Shown piece by piece: positions 48,703-60,281 of a stretch of 64,000 nt of DNA. Made by a program: the position numbers and the translations under genes. Position 1 is the first letter of the stretch. Every line of letters starts with the position of its first letter. Source of the stretch: Adineta vaga. Taxonomy: Eukaryota > Animalia > Rotifera. The stretch covers positions 7,750,001 through 7,814,000 of the forward strand of contig CP075497.1 of assembly GCA_021613535.1 (NCBI GenBank), given 5' to 3'. Below the pieces are notes generated by a model that saw only the letters and a list, made by a program, of their open reading frames with translations, searched no databases and was not told the origin of the DNA.

Positions 48703-50546
48703 ATGTTTTTCTTTATGTCTATAATTGTTATGGTTGGAGTTACTTTTGCTGATGATCCACTACGACCACAATACCATATAATGCCATTACAAGATTGGCT
48801 CAATGATCCAAATGGACCTGTCTATTACAATGGTTATTATCATATGTTCTATCAATATTATCCAAATATCACTCCGGCTGATCAAAAGCAATGGGTAAAA
48901 CAAAGCATATCTAACAATGTCTCTTCAATGAGTTAGTTTATAATCTATTTTTATTTTCAAAGGGTCATTGTTATAGTAAAGATATGGTTCATTGGATTCA
49001 TTTACCAGTTGCACTTATTCCTGATCAACCTTATGATATTAATGGCATATGGACTGGAAGTACTACACTTGTTAATGGTATTCCTGTGATTATATATACC
49101 GGTATAACAGATATACATAAAGAAGTTCAATGTCAAGCACGACCAACTAATTTATCTGATCCAACATTAACAAATTGGACGAAATCGTTTTTGAATCCTC
49201 TCATCACAAATCCTGATGGACGTGATCCATCAACAGCATTTCAAGATGATCAAAATAATCATTATTTAATATACGGTTATGGTACCACTGATTTAGGTGG
49301 ACAAGCTGTATTATTTATTTCAAAAGATTTTCTAAATTGGACATATTTACATCCATTACATCATAATCATTATGATACATTTTGGGAATGTCCTGATATA
49401 TTTAATATATCTCATCATGTTGTATTAAAAGCATCTCTAATGGGTCATGATTTTTGGACAATTGGATATATTGATCCAGTTAAACTTATTTTCCTACCAT
49501 TTAATCATGATCTTGGCGAATTTACTCAATTGATTGATAATGGAAAATTCTATGCTTCAAAAACGTTTTATGATCCAATTCATAATGAACAGATTATTGT
49601 AGGTTGGGCAGCAGAAGATGATAATCAAAGTGAACAACGTGGTTGGCAAGGTTTATTAACACTTCCTCGAGCAATTTTTCTTTCTAATGATGGTTTAGAA
49701 TTACGTACACGTCCGATTGAAGCCTTGAAATCATTACGTGATCCGAATAGTCATCGACAATATCAAGATGTTACATTAGGAACAGAAATGTCTTTTGAAT
49801 TAATACCAAATCTGAATGGTAATCAAATTGAAGTACTTATCAATTGGCAATTTCCGATGAAACAAGTATGAAATTGATTAATTTTGTTTATATTTTCTTG
49901 TCTTTTTCAGAATTTAGATTTTGGATTAATAGTTCTTTCTACTTTGGATGGAACACAACGAACAAGTATTGGTATTTCGACATCAACAAATACAAGTGTG
50001 ATGATTAATTGGGATTTACCTGGATGGGATTACTTTAGTGTTCCAAATATAAATCGTTGGTTAGATTGTCAATTTGCTTGTAATCAAGATAATCGATGTC
50101 AAGCATGGACATATGATGCAGGTCGACAATTGAGTGATAATTGTTTTCTTAAATCAGGCATACCATTAAAAAATGGTAATTGGTTATGTGTATCAGGTGT
50201 GAAACAACAAATGAATAATCAACAACAACCTATTTGGATTTATATGGATCGAGTTTTATCACAAAGAAATCCGGAAGCTGCACACTCACCATATCATGAT
50301 GTAATTTGGATGGAACCATCCATTGTAAATAGTCTATTCACACTTGAATTAGAGATATTTATTGATCATTCTGTGATTGAAATCTTCGAACCACAAAATG
50401 GACGTGTCGCTATTACAGGACGTGTTTATCCCGAAGAACAAACGGCAAAAAATCTAGCTGTTTATGCACGTTTGATTCCAACTACTAATGATAGTATTGT
50501 CATTAAAACATTAGATTTTTGGAGTTTAGACACAATCTGGAATTGA
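48703..50546 (+). CDS. Secreted GH32 beta-fructofuranosidase/invertase with inserted PAN/apple domain; HGT candidate
   Basis: WLNDPNG, W|GH..SKD..HW, WTGS, RDP, WECPD, FYASKTF and [13 protein letters not shown]; PAN motif [27 protein letters not shown]; introns 48895-48962 and ~49866-49910. Confidence 0.92.
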
Positions 50547-51020
50547 AAATACTCAGATAATTGTATATAAGATTAACTTTTGAAAATTATTTATTAGTAA
50601 ATATCAAACAATATAAAATAAAATAAAATGAATGATAGCTTTATCTTTTCGTTGTTGATATTTTATAAGTTTTTCTGATACAATCATTTATTATTTCAAT
50701 CTGTACAACAAATTGATCATCGTTGATTTGTATATATTCGAAAAATTGTCCTTCATTCTATGGTATTATTCATTAGATTGATTATTCATGAATATTTACT
50801 TTCGAGGATATAATCCGATGATTGTTACTGATTAATTTATTGGTGTACAGAATTACTAAACTATATTTAGATATTCTTCTTATTTTTCATCGCACACCTC
50901 CGTTATTTCGATCCACATGCAAATAACAAATTATGTTATATGATCGAAAGTAAAGATACACATCAAACGAAAGAAAAAAGTATATATATATTATCTTTCT
51001 TTTCAAGGAAATCAACTCTA

Positions 51021-51374
51021 ATGGCATCCAATTCGGATTCACAAGAAGAATTTTTGGATGATTTTGAAAGAAGATATGGGAAAAATGGACAAATTAGTGG
51101 TGAACAGGCATGGAAATTAGCAAAGAAATATTATCGAAAAAAGAAGGCAGAAGAAGAAGATAGTGATGATTGTAAACGAAAAGACAAGAAGAAGGATTGT
51201 CAAAATGATAGTAATGACGATGATAATAGAAAAGATAAAAAGAATAGAAAAAAAGGGCATGATAAAGATTGCTGTCCATGTTCACCTGATCGTAATCGTC
51301 ATCATGGTCATAGAAAGCATAAACATCGAAAACATGGTAGACGTTCTTCACGATCCAGTTCATCTGATTCATAA
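51021..51374 (+). CDS. Small highly charged hydrophilic protein (K/D/R/H-rich)
   Basis: 117-aa ORF from ATG 51021 with a short helical N-terminus followed by KD-rich and HRKHKH tracts. Confidence 0.6.
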   Translation: MASNSDSQEEFLDDFERRYGKNGQISGEQAWKLAKKYYRKKKAEEEDSDDCKRKDKKKDCQNDSNDDDNRKDKKNRKKGHDKDCCPCSPDRNRHHGHRKHKHRKHGRRSSRSSSSDS

Positions 51375-51424
51375 AACAGCTTTTTCTTTTCAAACATGTG
51401 TATCTTTTTTATTCAAATAAATTT

Positions 51425-52239
51425 CTACATATCATCAATTGTCCAGATACTTTCTGCTAACTCTTCTAATGTTGCTACTTTAGAAAAATCTTCCGATCGA
51501 TGTTCAATCACATTCTTAAATACATTAAATTCAAACAATAACATAGCTATCATAGCACGTTCAACAAATGGTTTTTCATAAGTTCTATATGCTTTCAGAA
51601 CTGTACTTAAAAGATTTTTATCAAGATCAGAGAGAGTACAATGAAGAGCAACAAATTCATAAACAGGATCACCTACCAATGCATCGCCAAAGTCGATTAA
51701 ACCTGTTATATGCCAATGTTCATCGTTCGAATCAAACTGACCAAAGACATGATCACATGAAATATCAACATGTATGAGAGAAGTAGCTTTTAGATGTTCA
51801 TGAGTTTCTAAATAATCTGGAATTTGTTCAATTAAATGTTCAGGAAGTGTTCTCCAACGATAATGACGTTTTTTACACGTTTTTTCTTGTTTATTTACAA
51901 AGTCAAGAAATTCATTTTGCATTTTAGAAAGTATCGGTTGACTATCAATTGAGGAATAGATAACTTCGGTAATTCTAACCATTTGTATAAATCTTGTTCA
52001 ATTCGAAAACTTCAATCTCCATTACGAAATAAATGAATTTCATAGAATTTAATCACAAATCGACCATCAAGAATAAATACAGGATTAGTTCCAGGTAAAC
52101 CAACTCGAATTTGTTTATTGTCAATCAATAAATCAAAAATTTGATGTTTCTTACATAGGTAATCAATAGCAGGTCGCCAAAATTGTACATTAGTTAATTG
52201 CCGTTCATATGCTTTTACAGAATTGAATTGATATTGCAT
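51425..52239 (-). pseudogene. Bacterial-type aminoglycoside phosphotransferase (APH/hygromycin kinase-like) pseudogene
   Basis: FWRP.I..GLPGTNPVF..VIKFY, then in-frame TGA (52012-52014); SFRIEQDLYKWL..IPQLI continues in frame, then a frameshift near 51940 leads into W.TLPEHL..QIPDYL, LIHVDI..DHV and GLIDFGDA..GDP.YE. No intron explains either lesion. Confidence 0.75.
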
Positions 52240-52751
52240 TTGTTAGATTAACTAATATTATCCTATCAAAACCTGTCATCAACAAACCGAAACAAATACT
52301 TTGTTTTTATTTTCTGATTCACATAATATACAATGATTGGTAAAAATAAATGAATCATTCGAAAAATAATATCTTGTAATAATATTTAAAGAAGATAATG
52401 TTCAAGTTATGTATTAGTAGATAAAGTATTGAAAATCATTCTGATATGGAAGATCATACCAGTAAAAACAGACAATCAAACAGTAAGATTTACTTCATTT
52501 TCACATTTAACAATAAATAATCATAAATATGAGCATTACTCTCAAGTAGAATTTGACGTAATATCAAACTATCTGTTTTGAGCGACATCTGGTATGATCA
52601 AACTATGGTTGTACTATTCCTTTCTTATTTTCTGTCAATGAAATAACAATTGAAAGACAGTCATCATCAGTGAATTTGTTTCGTTCTTTTCACTTTTTCA
52701 GAATTAGTGAAAGAAAAGAACATATGATACGATTTAAATAACTATTATAAT

Positions 52752-55439
52752 ATGTATCGTCATTTTCTACTTAATTTAATTCAACAATTTTCATTATTAC
52801 AACAATATCTCATTATTGTATCAATATCTTTGATTTTTGTCTTGATTTTTCATCATTGGTGGTGTATTTTTTTCTTACCTTTAAGTACAATTTTGACGAG
52901 TTTTGCTATTAAACGTTTATCTCGACCTGATCAATCACCCTTCAAATTATCCGGTTATCTTTATAATCTTCTTCTTCGAAAACGTTCAATTACATCGAAT
53001 GAAAACACGGATGCGACATCTCATTCCTATGAAATTTCTATACAAAAAGAATGTGATACATATATTCGAACAATAATTGCACGTTATATATGTGTTTGGT
53101 ATTATCCATTAATATCAACTGATCAAGAATTTCCTGAAGATTTAATGATTATATTCAATATAATTCTTAATCGATTAAATGATCGTTTTAAATCATTGAA
53201 TTCTCATGATATGATTCGTCTTTTGATTAATTTAAAACAAAAACATCTCGAACAATATTTATATGCATTGGATTCCTATGAAAAACAATCGAAACATAAT
53301 CCAAGTAGTAAATCAGTTGTCGAAGAATTCTTTCATTTGATTGGTTTTCATCGATCAATGATTAACAATGATATTCATGCATATTTAAAAGCGTTAGTCG
53401 AATTAGTTTTAACAGATTTAGCACCGGAATCATTTCATATCTATTCTGGTAGTCATACAGGACGAGAATTTCTCACACAACTTGTAGTTAATTGTGTATT
53501 TTTACCTTTATTAAATCAATTTTCTAATCCACAATTGCTTTATTATTTAATTGTTTGTTTATTTGAAAATGAAGAACAAAATCGTAATGATAAAATTGCT
53601 GAACAATCATCCTTGACATCAACAGAATTAATGTCTGCTCATCAAGATGAAGATCAACCGGCAATATTAAGCGAAGTTTTTGATGAACAATCCAATTTGA
53701 ATGATGGACGTCGAATATCACGTTTAGAACGTATTATTTATTCTGTTACAATTATTTCATGTGATACTGCATATAATGCTAGAACAGGTGGTGCTTATAC
53801 GGTTTATATTATGCAAGTAAGATTGAATGAAAAAGAAAGAAAGAAAGAGAGAATGTTAAAATGATGATTTTGTTTTGTTTATAGTGTGAAACGAAATCAC
53901 CATTTGCATCGAATACAATTCATCGATATCTTATTCCGAGACGATTTCGAGAATTTATGCATTTACATAAAAGATTACAACAAAATCATCTTACTAGTCA
54001 TCATTGCTATGGTAAGAAATGTTCTGTTTTAAATTCGAGAATTAATAAAAGATGTAAGTGTTGTTTCCTTTAGATATTAATGAAGTTTTTCAAGGTCTTC
54101 CTCTTCCCATTGATAATATGAATCCAGAAGTAATTCGTCGACGAAAATATATACTCGAACTATACATTCAAGTAGATTGAATTATTTCTTATTGATTTTT
54201 AGAGAAAATTTCCTTTTAGAAACTTATTTCAAATGAAGTTCTCAATTGTTCACATGATGTTTTGGAATTTTTTGCTTATAATTCCGATCCAAATATACAA
54301 TTTGAACCACTACCACCTAGTAAATTACCAGTTCCACGTGTAGATAAAGTAAATAATTGATTTCAATCATATGAATTCAGTTCATTCTTATGCATAATAA
54401 TAGGTTCTTCTAAGAACTTTATCGGATGTGGGAAGTAAATTAAATAATTTATTACCAACAAAACGTGAATTAACTCCCATACGTGAAACATTTCAATTGA
54501 ATATTTCAACAACGTATGAAAATGTAAGTTAATTTAGATTTTCGTTATTTTTTCTTTCTATCATTTATGATTTAGACATCACCTATTACAGAACAATTCA
54601 AATACTTTATTCAACAATCATCTCTACGCTATTCATCCTATTCATTAATATTAAATCCTATTGATTCTGTATTTTTACAATCATTATTAACCCGACCATC
54701 AATCGTTACAGCACATCGCAAAGAAAAAACTCGTAAGAATTTGTTCATCGAAAGTAAATTCATTTTTTTTTGAATTTCCATTAGATTCAAGTATACCATT
54801 AACAGATGCAGTATTGAAATTAGTTCATACATCTTTACATTCTCGTGATGAAATTATTAGTTATGAATCGACTCATCAAATTCTTCGGACAATATTTGGT
54901 CATTTTATTGAAGAGTTCGTATTTTATTTACTTTGATTTTTGTCGTTTAATAATGGTTTTTTAGATTTATAAAAGATCATATCAGTAATTTATTGTCACA
55001 AGAGAAAATTCTTACATATCTTAGTGATATTCGTACGAAAATTCTTTGGCCTGATGAGAATAATCTAACTATTCCATTGAAAGATATGAAAAATCGAGCA
55101 TCGAAAGCGTGTATAAAGAAAATTCCAAGTAAGATATTTACCATCCGATGTTTATCTATATTGTATTGTTTCAATTCAAAGTTTGGCTTCAACGTATCGT
55201 TGGCGTAGAAAATATTCGTCGAATAATTAACAATTTTCTCGATTGTTTAGGTCATGAAGAATTGAATCGGTTCGTTTTTCTTCCAAATCAATGGAAAAAA
55301 AAAGATTTGACTAGTTTTATTCTTTAGACATTTGATTTGTAATTTGTTTGATTTACTTCTGGAACAATTGATACCAAGAATTTCTACAAAAGATTTCCTA
55401 ACAAAATATGTTCATATGCATGCAGGTGTTCGGTCATAA
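52752..55439 (+). CDS. Sorting nexin of the PXA-PX-PXC family without RGS domain (SNX19-like)
   Basis: N-terminal TMs; PXA (IIARYICVWY..ISTDQEF); PX (YTVY..RRFREF..LHK.L..RRK..LE.Y); PXC (LWP..N.HLI..LFDLLLE.LIP). Confidence 0.85.
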
Positions 55440-56008
55440 TTGAAACTAATGTCAGATTGAACTAGTCGTTAGTGGTGATTTTCGATTGCTTATTTTTTTT
55501 TTGTAATTTCATAGAGTAAAATGTGATTAATGTATGATTATATATCTTTTTCTCTGTGACAAATAAATTTATTTTCTACATAAGAAAAAAACCAAACAAA
55601 CAAATGACATCAGTGTAACGTCAATCAAGTGTACATATATCTTACGATGTTTTTTTCGTACACATTATATGATAAATCTATGACCGATAAGAATGTTTTT
55701 TTTTCGATCAGTGAGTAAAGCAAACCTTGGTTAGTAAAATACAAAGATAAATTTATGCGTATTTTTTCTTTGTTTGAATACACATTAATGATATGTCATT
55801 TCTATCGATCGATTAAATAAAAAGATTAGTTACAGATACCGATTAATATTCAAGTAGATAAATACGTAAATATTGCAGTTTATTGTAGAGGTTTTTTTTT
55901 GTTTCTTTGAGATATGAATGTAATGAGGTTTGATAAGTACTTATGTAATAAAATGAAGGATTTTGATTGTAGTTTTAGTATATAGAAGAAAAATTATTTC
56001 TCTCTGTT

Positions 56009-58174
56009 ATGGCACATCATCTTCTCAATAATAATCGTCGACCATCGATATTAGGTATGTCCGGTAATAATGAAATTGTTAACGATGATTATGATTATGA
56101 TTTAATGAAATTACTTGAACAAGAACGTCAGTTTACAATGCATCAGGTATGGATCTTTTAGTTGCATGTTCTATTTTACATATTATATGTATTTCTAGCA
56201 ACAATTATCTCGAGAAAACGTTGTACCTAAGCCACAACAAACTCAATATATTTCAGCGATAGATGAAATTTATCCAAATATTCAGCAATCACAAGGTACA
56301 CCACAAGTCAATAGACGTATCTTAACCGTACCAAATACAAATACACCTGGACGTTTATCACCGGTGAAACCACTTCGAATTATCATTATTCGTCATGCTG
56401 AACGAGCCGATGCTGTTTTAGGATCAGAATGGTCAAAGAAAAGTTTTGATCGTCGAGGACGCTATATAAGATTTAGTGAACATCTACCAGATACGTATGT
56501 TTTAGTTTGAAAATTTTCGCACATAAAACTATCATTGTTTTGTTAGACTACCAGCTCGTTCTTATTTACATCATTATGTGATTGATGTACCATTAACAAA
56601 TCGTGGTCGGCTACATGCTTATCGAACTGGTAAAGCATTATTATTAAATGGATATGCTGCCGATATTTGTTATACAAGTCCATCATTACGATGTGTACAA
56701 AGTGCGGATAGAATTCTATCGGGTATGGATAGAAAAAATGTAGCTATGCAATTGGTAAGTCATGTTACTTTAACTGATGAATACGTTACTGTTATAAATT
56801 TTGAAATAGGAACCAGGCTTATTTGAATGTTATCTAAACGATTTTAAACGAACATTATGTTTTATGACAAAAGATGAATTAACAGGAAATGGGTACAATA
56901 TTGATAAAAAATATCAAGCAGTTATGCCATTTATGCGACCTCATGATAGTCAAGCTGATTATTATGAACGATGTCAAGGAATTATGGATATTATCACGAA
57001 ACGACATGAAGCAACGGGCGGAACTATTTTGATAGTGGCTCGTAAGTTTTGAATTGTTTTATTTGATCATTTTGAAAATGATGGTTCGATGAATAACGTT
57101 GCTTTTCATAGAAATAAATGTTCTATTGTTGTTGTTTTTCTTAATTTAGATGCTCCAAGTCTTGAAGGTTTAACACGACATTTCTCCGGTGGAAAATATC
57201 TGCCAGGTTTGTTAGTTTGTATTTGAAAATTATAGTAGTAATCCTCTTGCACTGAGTATTCAGTCCATTATCGGTTCTCAAAAACCTTCATGACGAGAAT
57301 GCTTTAATCAATATAGACGATAGATTCTATACAACAGACTCTATACAATTACTTTATAATCTTTGAATTTTCTACTTCTTTTCTTGAATTTAATAGTTGA
57401 CGTTTACGGAAAATGACGATTTTACGATTAAAAAGGTCTCATTATTATTTTCCATTATGAAATGTTTAAATTTTGCACTTATATATAGAATTCATCCTCT
57501 GAATTAGTAGCTTAACTAAAACGACAAAAAGATTCTATTTTTATTTAATATTTTTTCTTGCTTTTATAGAAAAATTATTTGATATTGCTCGTCGAGTACC
57601 CTTTCTTGCCATGACCATATTGGAAAAAAATGGCATGAATAGTCCATGGCTCTTTCGCACCAAACCATTAGGAACAAGTCAAACAGATACGATAACAGAT
57701 CCTGAACTTGAAACGTCTTTAGCAACATCGATGGCAAACCCAATGGTTCACAAACATCATGTGGATCAGCAAGGACAAGAAGCCCTCCAACGTTCCCAAC
57801 ACCAACAACATCTATCACAAATTCCAGGAAATTCTTTATACGCACAACAGAATCATCATCAGCAGCAGCAGCATCAACAGCAACAGCAGAAGCAGCAGCA
57901 TCAACAGCAACAGCAGCATCAACAGCAACAGCAGCATCAACAGCAGCATCAACAGCAACAGCAGCATCAACAGCAGCATCAACAGCAACAGCAACAACAA
58001 CAGCAACAATATCACCTCCAGCAGCAGCAGCAGCGTCTGCAACAAAATGAGAATCTTCGACATCAACTATCTAACGGTGTTATACCAATTGATCCAAAAA
58101 AAGTTGTGAAAAGCTCAACTGCACCGAATTTACCCACGAATAATTCATTTTCTGAAATGTTTCGTGTTATTTAA
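56009..58174 (+). CDS. STS/UBASH3/EPPase-type histidine phosphatase lacking UBA/SH3, with poly-Q/H tail
   Basis: RHAERAD, DVPLT..G, YTSPSLRCVQSA, EPGLFE, ILIVA|HAPSL and RVPFL motifs across seven exons. Confidence 0.85.
57850..58034 (+). repeat. Coding minisatellite (CAG/CAA/CAT units) encoding poly-Q with periodic His
   Basis: Units of cagcagcatcaacagcaa / cagcagcatcaa translate to QQHQQQ repeats. Confidence 0.9.
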
Positions 58175-58265
58175 CTAATGAATAAAAGTATTCTATTTTT
58201 GTTTGCTGAGCGCTCGATTGGTTCGAAAAAAAATCAATTTTTCTCTATCTATATAATTTATTACT

Positions 58266-59753
58266 ATGTCTTGGAGGATTCGAATAAATACTGCTTCTTT
58301 ATCGTTCAAAGGTAAACAAAATCGAAAACAAACATCTTTCGCATCATTTCAAACGAATGAATCATTGTGGAATACTTCAAAAATTCATTATCATTTGAAT
58401 AATACTCTTCCAACAGTACGAAATATAAGATCAAATATGCATACAATGATTGCTCACCATCATTCGAATGTAAAACGATGTCTTTCAAAAGAAAGTTTAT
58501 CAACTAACAAAATCGATAAAAAACTAAAAAATTCGCAAGACTCTTCAACTTTTGTTCTTGTTTGTGGTCAAAATATTTGTGGTCAACTCGGTCTATCGAC
58601 TAATATTATCGAACGACGTAAGCCACAACATTTAAAAATCGTAAATGAATCAAAGATTGATGAACAAATTCAATATATATGTGCAGGCTCTATACATTCA
58701 TGTGCGCTGACTCGTACAGGTCGAGTCTATACATGGGGTTGTAATGATGATGCAGCTCTAGGTCGAATAACGAATGGTATTGATGATGAAAACATTCCTC
58801 AATTATGTTCCATACCTGAAGAAATAGAAAGTCTTCATGCTGGTGATTCATTTACTATCGCTATCAGTAAATCTGGTCGTGCTTATATTAGTGGTTGTTT
58901 TCGAAGTAGTGAAGGCCTTCTTGGTTTGTTTGAATATAGACAAATAGCACAGCAACCTATTGTTGTTCCAATCAATCAACCAATTACACAAGCTGCATGT
59001 GGTGCTGATTTTTGTCTATTATTAACGGATGATGGTAATATTTATTATATTCTAGTTGAAGAATTCATAGATAAATTTTCTTTGTCTTTCAAAATAGGTG
59101 ATCTTTATTCATTTGGAAATAATGAGATAGGTCAATTAGGTCGTGATACTCATATAAATCTTGAAGAGAACTATTCATCATGGTTGCGACCTTCGCCAAT
59201 TTCTTTTTTTAAAGGACAACGTATATTAAAAATTTGGGCAGGTGGCCATGGGTTTTTTGTATCGATCCAAAGTTCTACTACTCGAATATTTTCATGTGGT
59301 GCTAATAGTTTTGGCCAATTAGGTCATTCATCAAAACAAACCATCCATTCTCCACTTGAAATTCAAAATTTTCTTTCAACAGACAAAATTCTCAAAATAA
59401 CTTGCGGCCTTCATCATACACTTATACTTGATATCATGGGAAATGTTTTTGGTTTGGGAAGAAGTGATGATGGTCGTTTAGGTAATAATCATATTCAGGA
59501 TGTGATTAATCCTAAACAAATAGATCAACTAATAAACATTGTTGATATTGCTGCCGGTGGTAGTGTTTCGTTTGCTATCGACAATTCTGGACAGATTTAT
59601 TCATTCGGTATGGGTAATACATGTCAAACGGGTCATGGAGATGATGATATTCTGATTCCTACGATAGTGATTGGTAAACAATTAGAAAAACGAGTTATTC
59701 AACAAATATCCGTTGGTGCGCAACATACTCTTTTTTTAGTTAGTGAAAATTGA
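58266..59753 (+). CDS. RCC1: RCC1-repeat protein (RCC1-like)
   Basis: GQLGL, AG..H..LT..G.VYTWGCNDDAALGR, AGDSFT, G.FR...G, GQLGR, G.HHT, GRLG, GMG...Q.G and SVGAQHT; probable in-frame 63-nt intron near 59035-59097. Confidence 0.8.
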   Translation: MSWRIRINTASLSFKGKQNRKQTSFASFQTNESLWNTSKIHYHLNNTLPTVRNIRSNMHTMIAHHHSNVKRCLSKESLSTNKIDKKLKNSQDSSTFVLVCGQNICGQLGLSTNIIERRKPQHLKIVNESKIDEQIQYICAGSIHSCALTRTGRVYTWGCNDDAALGRITNGIDDENIPQLCSIPEEIESLHAGDSFTIAISKSGRAYISGCFRSSEGLLGLFEYRQIAQQPIVVPINQPITQAACGADFCLLLTDDGNIYYILVEEFIDKFSLSFKIGDLYSFGNNEIGQLGRDTHINLEENYSSWLRPSPISFFKGQRILKIWAGGHGFFVSIQSSTTRIFSCGANSFGQLGHSSKQTIHSPLEIQNFLSTDKILKITCGLHHTLILDIMGNVFGLGRSDDGRLGNNHIQDVINPKQIDQLINIVDIAAGGSVSFAIDNSGQIYSFGMGNTCQTGHGDDDILIPTIVIGKQLEKRVIQQISVGAQHTLFLVSEN

Positions 59754-60281
59754 CTTTTTTGTCATGGAAATTACCTCTTGATTGGTTATTTTAAAAGACA
59801 TATCAAATGATATCGATCCTCTGTTTCTTTCATGATTGGTCTAACAATCTTGTGTTTGTTTAAATTCAAATAAAACCGTCATATAGTTTTTCAAAAGCTA
59901 TGCTTGAGTAATTTCTCTCTTTTGTATTTTCTATTGAATGTAATAGAAGGTTGGCAGTTTGCTTGTCTTTTTTTCTTCTTCAAATAGCCGACTGGTTGTC
60001 ATAATTTTCTTAATAAAAGAAAACTAAGGAGACACGTCGTGCACATATTGTTCCAGATAATATTACAAGCAGCACTGCGTTTGTTTAGTGTCATATAGAT
60101 TTTTTCTCTCCCCCTTTTTTCTTTCTGTCTCATTCGCCGTCTGTGCTACTTCGAAGCGTGGCTACCGCCGAGAAAAAGAAGAAATTTTTTCTATTTGGTT
60201 TGCATTAAAGTTTATTACATACATATATATATATACATCACGAAATATTGCATCGATAGATTTAGTTTTGCAGATATAAGC

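Noticed and set aside
57850-58034. CRISPR-like periodicity
   Set aside because: No unique spacers; it is a coding minisatellite in a eukaryotic gene.
57836-58109. Poly-Leu and Ser/Asn ORFs in the track
   Set aside because: Antisense and alternative-frame shadows of the poly-Q repeat.
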